NCBI GenBank assembly: GCA_964252035.1
Contig: OZ176200.1
Reading direction: 5' to 3' (one strand)
DNA length: 64,000 nucleotides
From: Podarcis erhardii
Lineage: Eukaryota
How positions within the stretch are numbered: position 1 is the first letter of the stretch; each line of letters opens with the position of its first letter. The notes under the pieces are model-generated. The model saw nothing but the letters and a program-made list of their open reading frames with translations. It did no database searches and had not been told where the DNA came from. Position numbers and translations under genes: made by a program. This document shows positions 52,239-64,000 of this stretch, piece by piece.

Positions 52239-54138
52239 CTGTGGACTCTGTAACTGGGAAAGGCTGACACCAGCAGCTCCTGTAGTATATTAGAAGGGCT
52301 GGTTCTGTCTAGCCCTTTCCAAGGACTCTTCATTCTCCCTGGTGCATGTATGTAGAAAAACTGGAGAAGAGGCTGGGGTCGAAAATCAACACCCACCCAA
52401 AGACTTCCCAGCTGGCCCCAAGCACAGCCATGGATCTCTGAAATACCCACCCCCCATTTATGCCCTGTAGCCAGGGCTCTTTAATGATTCCCTGTCCCAC
52501 AATGTGAACGGCAAGTCAGACTTTCACACAGCCCTTTCCCCATCATTAGGCACCTCAGCTGATTATTCCTGTGAACGAGTCAAGAAGGGGGGAAATGAGT
52601 GTAAGGGCCTAAAAGGTAGGTGCTGCCTAAGGTGGTCTTTCTGTTTTTGTTCACACATGCAGTTACTGTTATTTTTTCCTGCCTTGCTCCACTGTATCCA
52701 AGAACACCTCAGGGCCCATAATTTTATCACTGCTATGCAGTGTGCTGGCATAGATTGGATGTTCCCTGATCTCAGAAGGGGCAGCAGAATTGGGGCAATT
52801 CATGGTCCCCTTCATATAACAAGCACAAGGAAAACTTGGTAGCTTTTCTCCATTCTAGAAGGGAAGAGATACAGTACATGGGCAACCAGAGACCCGCATA
52901 CAATAACAGAACATACAAAAAGCGTTGTGGATTGGTCGTAGATTTAGTGTCCCCCTCTGGTGGCAAGAATCAGAACTGTGGAGCTTGGCTTGGCTCTTAT
53001 CCAAAAACTTCCGTTTCCCAAATTAGATACACTCTCACACACACACTTTTCATTTTTAGAGTGCAAGAATAACAGCCATTCACCTTCATAAGATGCCAGT
53101 TCCTATGTCTGTGGGTGAGTTAGTTCTTCAAGGACAGGTAATTCTGTTGCACCTCTGCAAGATCAGGTGAACCTGATGCAGAGATGCAGCAAAGCTACTC
53201 AGTTCCAAAGCTGAGGTGACTGGAAGGAGGTGAGTCCAAAGAGAGAGGGAGAGGGGGAGAGAGAGAGAGCAGGAGCGTTTCATGGTCCAATGTATGTATT
53301 TCTAACTAGATACCAGGAGTTCTTCCATGGCATGCTAATGTGCCTTGGTGCAATCCTTGGGAATTAGTCCTCTAAATGAATGGATGGAAAGATTGCTGGT
53401 CATGGGCATGTTCATGGGAGCAGAAGATAGGCAGACACATGCTCACCCCACTTCCCTTGGCAGTGAAAAATTCATGGTTATTACTTATGTGTTACATTTT
53501 AACCCTACCCTTCCTCTGAGCAGTTCAGGAGACCATACATGGCTCCCCACCCCTAGTTGGTCCTCACAACATCCCTGCGAGGTAGGTTAATATGTGAATG
53601 GCTGAAGGCCCATGGCTGAGTGAGGATTTGAACCCAGTCCTAGTCTGACATTCCTACCACTACATGGCACACATGTGAGGGCTTCTGGATTTAGTTTCCT
53701 TTGGTTGAAAGGGCACTGGAGACTTAAGGAGCTTTGTAATGTTTGCTTCATTTGTAGAGGAAGACAAGCTCCCAAGTCTCATATGGACAAGTAACAAAAC
53801 CTGATGTTCTACCCTTGCCTCTCTTCACACCCTCCCTCTGTCTCCTTTTTGTCCTTCAAACTCAGCCAATGGTTTTACTTCTCAGCTCGGTCCATATTGT
53901 TGTAGGCCCCATCCCTGTAGGGTGAAAGACGCCCATTCAGGAAACATGCATCCACAGTAACTAAAGAATATTAACATACCATACTTTTGCCAAAAAAAGC
54001 CTGGCTTCTAGCCGGATGCTATTTTAAGCAAACCCCATCCACTTTAACTAGGTCTTCACAAATATACCCATATCTCCATGCTACAGCAAGTGTTTCGGTT
54101 TATTTAAACACATTAACATTAAGATATTTCTATGGTTA

Positions 54139-54380
54139 CTGTGGTACCTCGGGTTTCATACGCTCCAGGTTACATACGCTTGAGGTTACAGACCCTGCTA
54201 ACCCAGAAATAGTACCTTGGGTTAAAAACTTTGCTTCAGGATGAGAACAGAAATCGTGCAGCGGCGGCACAGCGTCAGCAGGAGGCCCCATTAGCTAACG
54301 TGGTGCTTCAGGTTAAGAACAGTTTCAGGTTAAGAACGGACCTCCAGAACGAATTAAGTACTTAACCCAAGGTACCACTG
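54139..54380. mobile_element. Tc1/mariner (Tigger-like) MITE
   Basis: TIRs c(t)gtggtacctcgggtt ... aacccaaggtaccactg, with TA on both flanks. Confidence 0.8.
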
Positions 54381-54519
54381 TATTACTAATTTTTTAAAAG
54401 TGAATAATATTAACTAGTACTATTTAATGATTAAGTTTGGTAGGCTTCCATGCCTACTCAAGAATTCTGTATATCCCTGAATCATTATCATCATCATATT
54501 CATACCCTGCCCATCTGGC

Positions 54520-54585
54520 TGGGTGGCAGGAGGTTGGACTAGATGACCCTTGGGTACCTTTCAACACTATGATTCTGTGATTCTA
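54520..54585 (+). mobile_element. CR1-type 3' terminal fragment
   Basis: ggttggactagatgacccttggg...ctatgattctgtgattctatg. Confidence 0.7.
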
Positions 54586-54603
54586 TGTAAGTAATACCTT
54601 CAG

Positions 54604-54728
54604 CAGGGGTAGACAACATGGTGTCCTTCAGACATTGTGGACTACAACTCCCATTAGCCCCAGCCAGCATAGCCAATCAGACTTGTAGTCCAAAGCATCT
54701 CTGGAGGGCACTGCATTTGCTATCCCTG
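54604..54728. mobile_element. Palindromic hAT MITE
   Basis: caggggtagacaac...ggactacaactcccatt...ttgtagtcc...gctatccctg. Confidence 0.65.
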
Positions 54729-55246
54729 ATCTTTCAGGTAGTCAACGTTTCCACATTACGGTGTCGTTTGTTTGCCCTGCAGAAGAACAGAGTAGTTGCT
54801 GAGGGATCTGACTACTTGTCGAGCTCTTTTAAATTGCCCCCAAGAGATCCAGAAAAGGTTGCTATGAGATAAACTACCTGGGCAATAACTACAGAAGGCT
54901 GCTTCTGTGTTACCTTTTCAGTGTGAATAATGGTGAGGATGCAGCGCCACCTGTTGAGCATATTGGATTTTACAAGTACCGGTATATAGTTAGCCTGAAG
55001 ACGAGGGAGCCCAGATGAATCAGGAGCTTTGCAAACACACTCAGCGTGACAGGAGTAGAGAAATAGCTCATGAACCTATGACTGCAAGGTGAGACCCTAC
55101 TACTACCATTAGCAGAACTGAGGCAGGTGCTGAGGGGCAGGGAGCAGTTGGGGGGGGGTTCATGGACAGAGCTGTATGTATGTGCCATGCAACCTACTCC
55201 TCAAGCAAGCTGGCTGTCCTCATGTGCAGCAGAGGGCGCCACTCTA

Positions 55247-55395
55247 TTGGGGAAGGGCCTCAGCTCAGTGGTAGAGCGTGCAGAAGGACTCAGGCTCAGT
55301 CCCTGGCATCTCCTGAGCTGCAGTTCCTCAAGAGTAATCTTTGCGTCTACATACTGACAGCTGGCAGACCTAGAGGCTGTGATGGGTAAAACCAC
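55247..55395 (+). mobile_element. tRNA-headed squamate SINE (second family)
   Basis: ggggaagggcctcagctcagtggtagagc (A box) ... ggctcagtccctggcatctcc (B-box region). An antisense copy lies near 28330-28465. Confidence 0.6.
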
Positions 55396-57453
55396 AGACA
55401 AAACTATTTTGGATTAACTAATCCAGAGTGAAAACTGCCCTGCTTCATTTTTCACCATGCTTACCTCTAATTAGAATTTCCTTCCTGGGAAATGTAATAA
55501 GTGGATAGAAAGAGAATCTATCCAATTGACGCTGACACAAAACCCCACACATACACTATGTAAAACAATATCAGTTTCACCACAAGCCCCCTCCTCTCCC
55601 TCACTCTCTTCTTCCCCAACCTTCTACTGTACACAACACTAATTTATCATATCAAATGTAACTGATCTGTAGAAAAGATTTTACAACCTGAAAAAATGAG
55701 AGCATGCATGTACTTTTGTAAACCAAGAAAGTATTTCAATAGAAATTATAAAAAAAGAATTTCCTTCCTAGGCAGCTCTAATCAGAAATAAGCCCTGATG
55801 GGTTAGGTGTGCAAGGTGAGGCTGATGGGTTAGGTGTGCAAATCTCCTCCTACCAATTGCAGTGCTCTGTGCCACAGACCAGACTGTTTCAGAGGATCTC
55901 CAAACCCTCTGGAAATGTTTTTAGGGAGTACAGTGGGGATGCATTAAGTAAGAGGGATTCACAAAGATCAGGTGCCCTGCCTTGTGCTAAATAGAAACAA
56001 AGGGCCACCATTATATTCAATTAGGTGACCTTGGGCCAGTCACTGCCTCTCAGCCTAACCTGCTTTAAATGGTTGTTGTAGTGATAAAATGAGGAGCAGG
56101 GATAACCTGTTTGTCACCTTGAGCTCCTTGGGGGAAAGGTAGGATATAACACCACCCAAAACAGAGAGGTCATCCATGCCTAATCCAAAATTATACAGTG
56201 TGCAACAACATTGATAGCACTTGCTATAGTAACAGAAGACACATGAAAATGTTCTAGAGTAAAATTAATAACTCACTCTTAATAGCATGATGTAACTAGA
56301 TCTTTATCACACAAAGCAATTAAGAGTGAGATAAGAAAGGGAAAGCAAAATGGGTAAGATTACTTATCAGATATGCATTTATCTTAATCGGTTTGTCAAT
56401 CAGAAAACATACATTTGTTGGTCAAGGATATGGAGTCGAAGCACATCAGTCAGAAAGGTAAATACCGGTAGGTAATTAAAAGGGGGGAAGAAAACATGGA
56501 CCCTACAATAGCTTCACCTTAAGTATTAGCTGAAGATAAAGCAATGGGTAGTGGGTGAGGTCTTTAGTTCCTTAGTCAGTCATACAATCTTGTCAAACAG
56601 ATTGATCAAACAGATTAATTTGTGTAGTCCACATGACAGTACCCTCAAAAAACACAAATTTTAATGCTTTTCCCTGTAAATTTGGGTTTACTCAATATAG
56701 GGATAATTCAATGAACGGGGGGAAATCAAGCTTTAACCTACTCCACCGGGGGTAGCAGACAGTTTATTTCTGTGCTTTTGTGTGGGTGCATCAGTTGTTG
56801 CTTTCTGATACTCCCCTTCCATGACCAATGCTTCCTCAGTGCTTTCATTTCTTTTTTGGCAGAGCTCATGTAACTATTTTTGGTGTGCTCTTGAGTGAAG
56901 GCCCCCCTCCCCCGTTTGATCGCTCAGATTTGCAAAAAATAGAAAACTGCAAGCAATTTTACAATGGCCTGACTACGTGCTTTTCCACACTTTTTGTATG
57001 GGATTTGTTTATTTAAAATGTGTTCAAGCAGCTAGCTGCATGCATGCCCTGTTGGTACTTAACTGGCATAACAAAAGCAACATAACAGAAGGCTGGGGCA
57101 AACACAAAAGGGAACTCCTACTGGTATGAACGGGAAAGACCAAAGTTGTGCCTCATATATAAATTCAAGTACGTGCAGGTTTGGATTACTCTGGTTGAAT
57201 TCTAATTGAGAAAGCAAGGATTAACAACTAAATAATGCTCAAATGTGGATAAGCCCTGATGGAAACACAGGAACTAATGCTGGTACATTTAGCATAATTG
57301 GTGCTTTGAGTAGGCAACGAGAAAACTGGGAGTGCAGGATAATAAGCAGAACAGCGTCAGATACTGTGAAGAGTATTACAGTAGTCTGGGAGTTGATGTC
57401 TTTAGGTGTGCTGACCCCATCATTCTTTCTCCATCCATAGAGCAGTACTGTGA

Positions 57454-57645
57454 CATAAGAGAAGCCCTACTGAATCATGCCAATGGTCCACTTCTCCAGT
57501 ACTCTGTGTTCACAATGCCTATGGGAAGCTCGCAAGAAAACTTGTGTGCAACAGCACTCTCCACACTTGTGATGCCAGCCACTGGCATTCAGGGGCATCC
57601 TGCCTACAAGAGTGAAAGCCAGTAGCTGGTAGCCATCAATAGCAT
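57454..57645 (-). mobile_element. CR1/L2-class LINE 3' end fragment
   Basis: cataagagaagccc...gcctatgggaagctcgcaag...tagctggtagccatcaatagc; same family as 7054-7277. Confidence 0.55.
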
Positions 57646-58952
57646 TGGTAGTGTGGTAAGGCACTTAAATTTTGCAAGGAGGCTAACATGCTGCAGGTGT
57701 TTTAATAGTCAGGGATGATAGGAACTGAAGGATATTACGGTAATAATTTCATGGGGAAAGTGCCTAAAGCCATAAAGCCTCATGGACACTAGAGGGCTCC
57801 AAAGAGAAAGTAGCAGTTACAAATATTGATAGGGAAGAAAATTAAGCTTTGAAAGTGGACAAATGCTTGAATATAGGAAATGAGGTGTGTTTTGGGGGAG
57901 TTTGGAAACCCTCAAGCCTCACATCCTGAGTTCCCCCAGTCTTAACCAAATCAGTGTCCCACAAGCTTCTAAGAGCAATACCTATGAAGCTACAATAAGC
58001 TTTGTAATTTTGGAGAGTATATAGATGGATGAAGCAGATTTCCTCTTTCCCTCAAAGAGGACTATGCAGTCCTTTGGCAAACTCACTTGATTCAATCAAT
58101 CAATCAATCAATCAAATTTACCTGTTAAAAATAAGCATTCCGAGACATATTGCCTCTGTCAGTCTAGATAGAATATAATCATTGTGACTAGTAACTATGC
58201 AACTTGACATAGGGGTGGCAGGAGTTAAGCTGATCTTTATCTCGTGGACCACTTTGCTCCTGTGGGTGTCTGCAAGTGGCCTCACATGTGAGGCCAAAGC
58301 AAGGGATGTGCAAGTGAGCCGCACTCCCCCTTTCACCCTTCTGACGCCTGATGCAAAGGGATAACTTTCACATCTACATATGCACACATGGAGGGAGATA
58401 TATATCCACAACAAGAGCACATGGATTCTCCCTTCAGGGAAACCTCACAAAGTCTCCCTTTGCATGAGACGCTGAAAGAAGAGAAAGAAGGTGCATTATT
58501 CATTCCAACAGCCTCACTCCCTCTGGTTTCCATGTGAGGTGCAAAGAGACTCAGACTTTTTGGTCCTGACAATGTGGAAAGTATTCCCTTAGCTGGAGAA
58601 ACAAACACCCTTGAAAGCTAATTGTTGGTCACTAGGCCAAGGCTGGGAGACATGGCCTCTGTGCCAACACACTGTCCCCTCCTGTGTATACTGTATGTTG
58701 GCGCTGCAGGCAAGGATTCAATCATCCTTCTCTTGCATCTGAAAGTGTTGCTCCTCCGCTTCATGCTGGTTGCCACCCAGAGGTACAGCTTGGTTGCCTT
58801 CCCATTCCCCATGCTCCCTTTTCTTCGAGCTGCCCTTCATAACATACACATCAGTGGCTTCTAGGGCTGAGCACACCAGGGGAAGCACAGAAATAGCTTA
58901 TCTCTAGGGCTCTGCAGTGCATTTTGCAGATGCTTCTCTCGCTCTGTCTCTG

Positions 58953-58973
58953 ATACACATGCATGCACGCGCA

Positions 58974-59010
<37 letters not shown>
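58953..59010. repeat. (CA)n/(CG) alternating purine-pyrimidine tract
   Basis: 58-bp uninterrupted RY alternation. Confidence 0.95.
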
Positions 59011-59012
<2 letters not shown>

Positions 59013-59776
59013 CAAGTCCAAGCAGGAACAAAGAGGAGGAAAAAAGCCCCAGGGCAGGCTTTTGTGAACCCCGTGGCCTCACGTGGCTTGATCCTCCATA
59101 CCCACACCAACACTTCTGTGTTCTGTAGCACAGCACACAGCACTCAGCTAAAGCTTCAGAAATGCTAAGCAGCAGCAGTAGTGGAGTGCTTATCCAAACC
59201 ATATCCACTGGCAGAACTCTTCAAATGTCAACTATGAGCTTCATCCTGGTTTCCTTCTCCCCCATCTGCCATAGAAGAGCATAAAAGATGGAAGTAAAAT
59301 CTCCAAAGCAGGGAAGTTGTAAGCAAGCTAAGCACAGAAACCAGGCTAGTGACCAGAAGTGAGTGACCAGTAGCACATGCTGTAAAATCCAGAGAGGATG
59401 AGGTGCAACAGTCCTGAAGTGGCAGAATGGACTGTTTCTCTTCAGGCTGCAGGAGAGAGAATGAATGAATATCTGTCTGTCTGCCTGCCTGCAATCCCAC
59501 TATAGAATGGGCTGGGCTCCCCTGGTGGGTTCCAGGAGTTGTACCAAGCGTAGCAGCACTCTGCAAACATTCCATCAGCAAAAGGTTTTCTGTTTGCAAT
59601 GGAAAGTTCTCACCTCCTTCCCCCACCATCCAAATATGCTCTGGGGGTTTCCCCAGCCCTTTGCAGCAGATTTGGGTTGGGTGTGGGGCATTCACAGGGA
59701 GAAGACAGGGAGGAAAAGTCCCTTTGCACAAGTGGAAATTCTTGCACTGACAGAACACATTAGTTGACTACCACCC

Positions 59777-60427
59777 TGTTATAGGAATTTTAAGGTCTTA
59801 TATATATAAAATAAATGTTCATAACTGTACAAGGCAAACACATACATAAATATATAAACCACATGTCTGGAAACAGGACAGGAAAACAGTCCTAAAGCCA
59901 TTTTGACTCAGTCACCTCAAATACTTCTCTGAAAGGAGGAAGGAAATGGAAAAGCCTCCCCACTGTCTCTTTGTTCACAAATCCTGTCTTACGGGTGTGT
60001 CTGTGTATGAATAGGGTGAGCCTGTGACCTGGATTCAGGAATTAAGTAGTCATCATCACAAAATATTGGTCAAATGGCCCAGGTAATGCAATCAGTGGTC
60101 CATTATTAGGTATCCTGCAGACAGGAGAAAAACAACACTCAGATTTCTGCTGTAGACTGCCCCTTCTGTGATGTATGTATGATGTATTGGGGGTGGTCTT
60201 GAGCTACAGGGGAGGCAATTTCAAATGTCTATATAAGAGTTTGTACACCAATGTTCTGGGTCTCCTCCTCCTTCCTGTGTGTGTGGGGAGCACCATGTTG
60301 CAACAGCTTTAATAAAGATCAGGCTTACTAGCTGCTTTGCTTCTCAATATTCTCTGGTTGGCCTCTGTTATTTTCTCCTACTGATAAAAAACCTACATGA
60401 GGACTCTATACGGGCTCTTTTGTAACC
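59777..60427 (+). mobile_element. Solo LTR (ERV/Gypsy-like), ~650 bp
   Basis: Starts TGTTATAGG and ends ...TTTTGTAAC(C). TATATAA at 60230-60236 and AATAAA at 60311-60316, in U3-R-U5 order. TSD imperfect. Confidence 0.65.
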
Positions 60428-60450
60428 CATAAGGGAAAAGGAGTAGTTGT

Positions 60451-60507
60451 TTCTTCTTCTTCTTCTTCTTCTTCTTCTTCTTCTTCTTCTTCTTCTTCTT
60501 CTTCTTC
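60451..60507. repeat. (TTC)19 trinucleotide repeat
   Basis: Direct reading; lies between the solo LTR and a half MITE (60508-60609). Confidence 0.95.
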
Positions 60508-60859
60508 CAGCCCTATCTCTCATCAGCCCTAGGTAGCATGGCCAGTAGTCATGGAAAATGGGAGTTGTAGTCCAACAGCATCTGGAGGTCGAGTGGTTCT
60601 CCATCCCTGGACTAAAGGGCAAGGTTGCTCCAGTATCAGGCTACAGTGCTGCAACCAAGAAGTAACTACCATTGATGTCAATGGAATTTGGGGCTAAGAA
60701 AACATGGGAAGGGTTAGAGGGTGGAGTGTATATGTTAGAAGAACAATGAATGCTGCGTAGATGCATTGCTCTTATCAATTTAATATAAGACTTATTTGTT
60801 TTCTGAAACAAGGCATAGGAAAACCTATGTGCTGGGCAACCTGACAATATCCGCCCTCC

Positions 60860-61640
60860 CTTCCCCACAGGTGGGCGGGGTTTGCGGTACCGAGCGAGGC
60901 TCACCTGGGTGGGTGGCACCCACCTGCCTGAGCTGGCCTTTGACCTGCCCTCGGCCAGGGAGGACAATGGACGGCCGGCCGGGGGCGGGCCTAAGGCCAA
61001 AAGGAAAAGAGGCTGACTCCTGGGCTCAAGCCTCTTTTGCCTTTCTTCCTTCCAGGATCACCCACCCACCCTCCTCAATTAATATTTCTTGCCTTTTTAA
61101 TTTCAGCTTAGGTCAGCGATCTTCAATTTAATGATTCCTTCTTTACAGGCTAATATCTTGCATTCCAGGTCAGCGGGCACTGCTGCGGTCGTAAGATGGT
61201 TGCTGTATTCAGAACTGGGAAGGAATTTTCCCTGCATTGGCAGGTTTCGCCTTCCCCGTAGCAATTTCGTCACAACTTTGGCCGTTTTAGGCCTTGGCAA
61301 GGTAGCCTTTAGTCTAACATCAAGTTGGGGGGTGCATTCATGCTCCCTCCCCATGCGGCGGCGCTTGCAGGGCCCGTTAAAGGGCAAAGCCGAGAGTCCC
61401 TAGCCCTAGAGTGGCAGCATGTAGGTCAAACTCCCCGGACGAGGTCGGTGGAAGGGCATGCTGTGTAAGTTTGCGCTTTGCAGTCCCCTCTCACTGGGCC
61501 TCAACTGCCTGCATATCCTCAGCCAGGCGGGCTGAGAGGGTTACCTGCCAAGGCCTGTGCCATGTTTCCCACTTCTGAAGTTCAATAAAGTTGTGGCCAA
61601 TTTGAACCCATACACTGGTCTCTTGTCTTATCATTTGGGA
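60860..61640. other. CpG-rich block, possibly a young DIRS/Ngaro- or LTR-type terminal repeat, or a CpG-island fragment
   Basis: CpG density is visibly higher than in the flanks; GC boxes gggcggg near 60873 and 60983; aataaagttgtggcc at 61584. No convincing ORF. Confidence 0.35.
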
Positions 61641-64000
61641 AAAGGGGTAGGCACCACAGAGAGGGTTTAGCGCGTGTGCCCGCAAAACCACAAAAACAGA
61701 GGCAACATTACTTTATTGCACCAAAGGCACAAGACACAGGTATTTGCATTCCCTTTGAAATGGTTAGTTAAGACTAGGGAAGGACAAGGATCTGATAACA
61801 GTTTCAGACAGAGCTCATATGCAAACAGCATTTTATTGATGTCATTCACTTCCAGCCCAGACAATTCCCTCCTCCCCAGTCTTCCCAATTCCCCTGTAGG
61901 GAATGCCACTTTTTTTCTTGCCAGGGTCTCAAGAGGTGCAATTTTTCATGTCAGAAAGTAGCAGCAGCATGACTGTCTGAGAAAAAAAGCAGCACCTGTT
62001 GAATGCAGCTTTTAAAGGCACAAGAGGCCCTGCCAAGAAATGATAGGGCAATTTTATCCCTGATAAAGGGAAGTGTAAATCAAGAAAGCAAACACCATAA
62101 TAAATCTAGTAAGTCTTTAGGGAGCTGCAAGGAACTTTTGTGTGTCTGCTGTGTGCCACTGGCTGACATAAACTCAGTTAGAACAAAAAATCCCAAACAT
62201 TAGGTTTGATGAAGCCCACTCAAAAAACATGAATAGTCTTTAACTTGTGTGGTTTAGAAACCTAACTGGTGAGTGTTTCCTTGATTTAAATTGTTGTGTG
62301 TGATCTTGTATTTGGAATGCAATTAGAAGTCTTTTCTCATTTACTTAGCAGTAAATCCTGCTGATTTCAATGGAGCTTTAAAGTAAGTAGAAACAGAATT
62401 ACAGTGTGATGGAAAACACCTGTGAAAGCATGGAAAACACTAGAATAGGAGAAATTGTTTGTGGATTAATTGGTGATGGAGAGAGTTGTCAGCATGCTTA
62501 TACATGAATTATTCTTGTGCTTCTGGAGAAGGGAGAAAAGAACTCCCAGTCCCAGTAGTGGCAGTGAGCTAGATAAGTTTCCTGAAGCAAGAACCTCTAG
62601 GCATAGGCCTTGTTAAAAGAGCAGGTCTAGATGTCAGGGTCTGCCTGCCTTCTCCCTAATTTGTAGGACTCTCATGTGTTTGTGTGGTAAACTACCATGT
62701 GAATAAAATTTGAAATAGTACAGTTCAGACAAAGGCTTACCACCACTACTCTTTGTGAGAAGTGGGGCGAAGGTGGGGTGACGGAATGGCTCTACAATGT
62801 GAAGTGTTGTCTGAGGCACTTGACTGTGAATTGAGTAATATCTGTAGTAAATGCACACTTTTCCTTTTCTTGTATCAGGGGGCCTTCTCTGGGTCATCCA
62901 GTGAGGCCACAACCCCTCCTCATCCAAGGCTCTCCTACAAATTCCTTTCCTCTTTTTGTTGCTAACTTTATCATAAGATCTGAGCTGTTCCATCTTGTTT
63001 TTCTCAGCCAACAAAACATGCTAACATATTCTTTTAACCAGTTTAAACCGGTTCAAGACATAGTACATTTAGTATTCACCTAAAGTGCTTTACTTCAGTA
63101 CCGTCTCTGGTTTATGAAGAATGAGTTAGAATATTTGTATACTCTCCTGTACCCCAGTAATTCACTTATTCTAATGTTGATCCCAAGGATACATGGTGGA
63201 AAGTAGGTACAATTATATTATTTATTATCAAGCTGGTGTAGGAGAGTGCTCTTTTTTAAACTCTCACAGCACTTTAATCAGATGGGTTTCATTTATCTGG
63301 TTAAGAGTTTTGAGAAGCTCAAAGTTGCATATGCACTCACACCAACCTATGTAGGTCCAATGAAGAGTAAAATAACATATCCTTTGCATTTCATTTTTCT
63401 CATGATAGGTCCTTTTGTACAGTAATGCATAGGTGCCATGATCTTGGGAGTCTCCCTGAATCTGAAGCTGATAAGACAGACCACCGTGAAACATCTCAGC
63501 CTGTGAAATGGGAATGATTACCATCTACTTCCTTCTTACCATGTTCTCCAGCAAAAGAGGTAAAGAAACTGCTGTACTCATGTGTACAGCATAGATGGAT
63601 AGAGTGATAATTCTGTTACTTGGATTGATGAATCCCAGACTTGTATGTTTTTCTCAGAAATTGGTTGTTGAGCAAATATTAACAAATATCCTTGGGGTGT
63701 GCAGTGGAACAGACATCAAAGGTACAATATGAGTGTGAACACTACAGACCTTAGCCTCTGTTAAAGCCACTGAGAAGGTAAAGCATAGGATAAACACACA
63801 AGGCAGGCCAAAACATGTTGTAAGGTTATCAGCAAACACCCTTTTGCTGTTGTGCAAAGGCCTGGCGCTGTGCAAGTATCTACCATAGTCATTACAGCTG
63901 CTTCGCTGCAGGGTGAGCAAGACACATCCGAGTGTGTTCCTGCCACAGCCATTGCTGGGCAATCTTGACTGGAGATCAACATGGGACTTTGAGCTTGTTG

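Noticed and set aside
58278-58295. Perfect 18-bp palindrome ggcctcacatgtgaggcc with central E-box
   Set aside because: Isolated, with no supporting context; could be chance or a MITE remnant.
59288-59364. Possible small exon ATG...MEVKSPKQGSCKQAKHRNQASDQK followed by gtgagt
   Set aside because: Good donor motif, but no partner exon or known peptide; such motifs arise by chance in 64 kb.
60368-60622. Poly-Arg ORF
   Set aside because: Artefact of translating the (TTC)19 repeat.
19104-64000. CDK5R2, FEV or miR-375, expected downstream by mammalian synteny
   Set aside because: No matching ORF or mature miRNA sequence was noticed in this window; they probably lie further downstream.

Overview
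Vertebrate genomic DNA, most likely a squamate reptile. The repeat complement (Penelope pLTRs, palindromic hAT/Harbinger/mariner MITEs, CR1 tails, tRNA-SINEs) suggests a lacertid-type lizard; this is inference. Two protein-coding loci are supported. (1) The last two coding exons of WNT10A on + (5482-5858 and 18636-19103, ~12.8 kb intron, poly(A) signals near 19.8-20.0 kb); exons 1-2 lie upstream of the window. (2) A 529-codon intronless ORF on - (46405-47994) that is clearly homologous to the sperm fibrous-sheath protein AKAP4. It reads straight through the positions where mammalian AKAP4 has introns, so it looks like a retrogene. It keeps both PKA-anchoring helices, its ancestral C-terminal coding region has decayed (out-of-frame homology plus stops), and a tandemly duplicated module with two CRE-like sites lies just upstream. 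Other highlights: two near-identical Penelope-like insertions carrying minimal hammerhead ribozyme motifs (one a TSD-flanked 82-bp inverted pair, the other with a triplicated target site), a tight cluster of PAR-bZIP/NFIL3 D-box motifs, an inverted pair of TCF/LEF sites in the WNT10A intron, and an antisense tRNA-Lys/CR1-tail SINE in the WNT10A 3' UTR. Most short ORFs in the track look spurious. All family assignments come from remembered sequences and motifs; no database searches were run.
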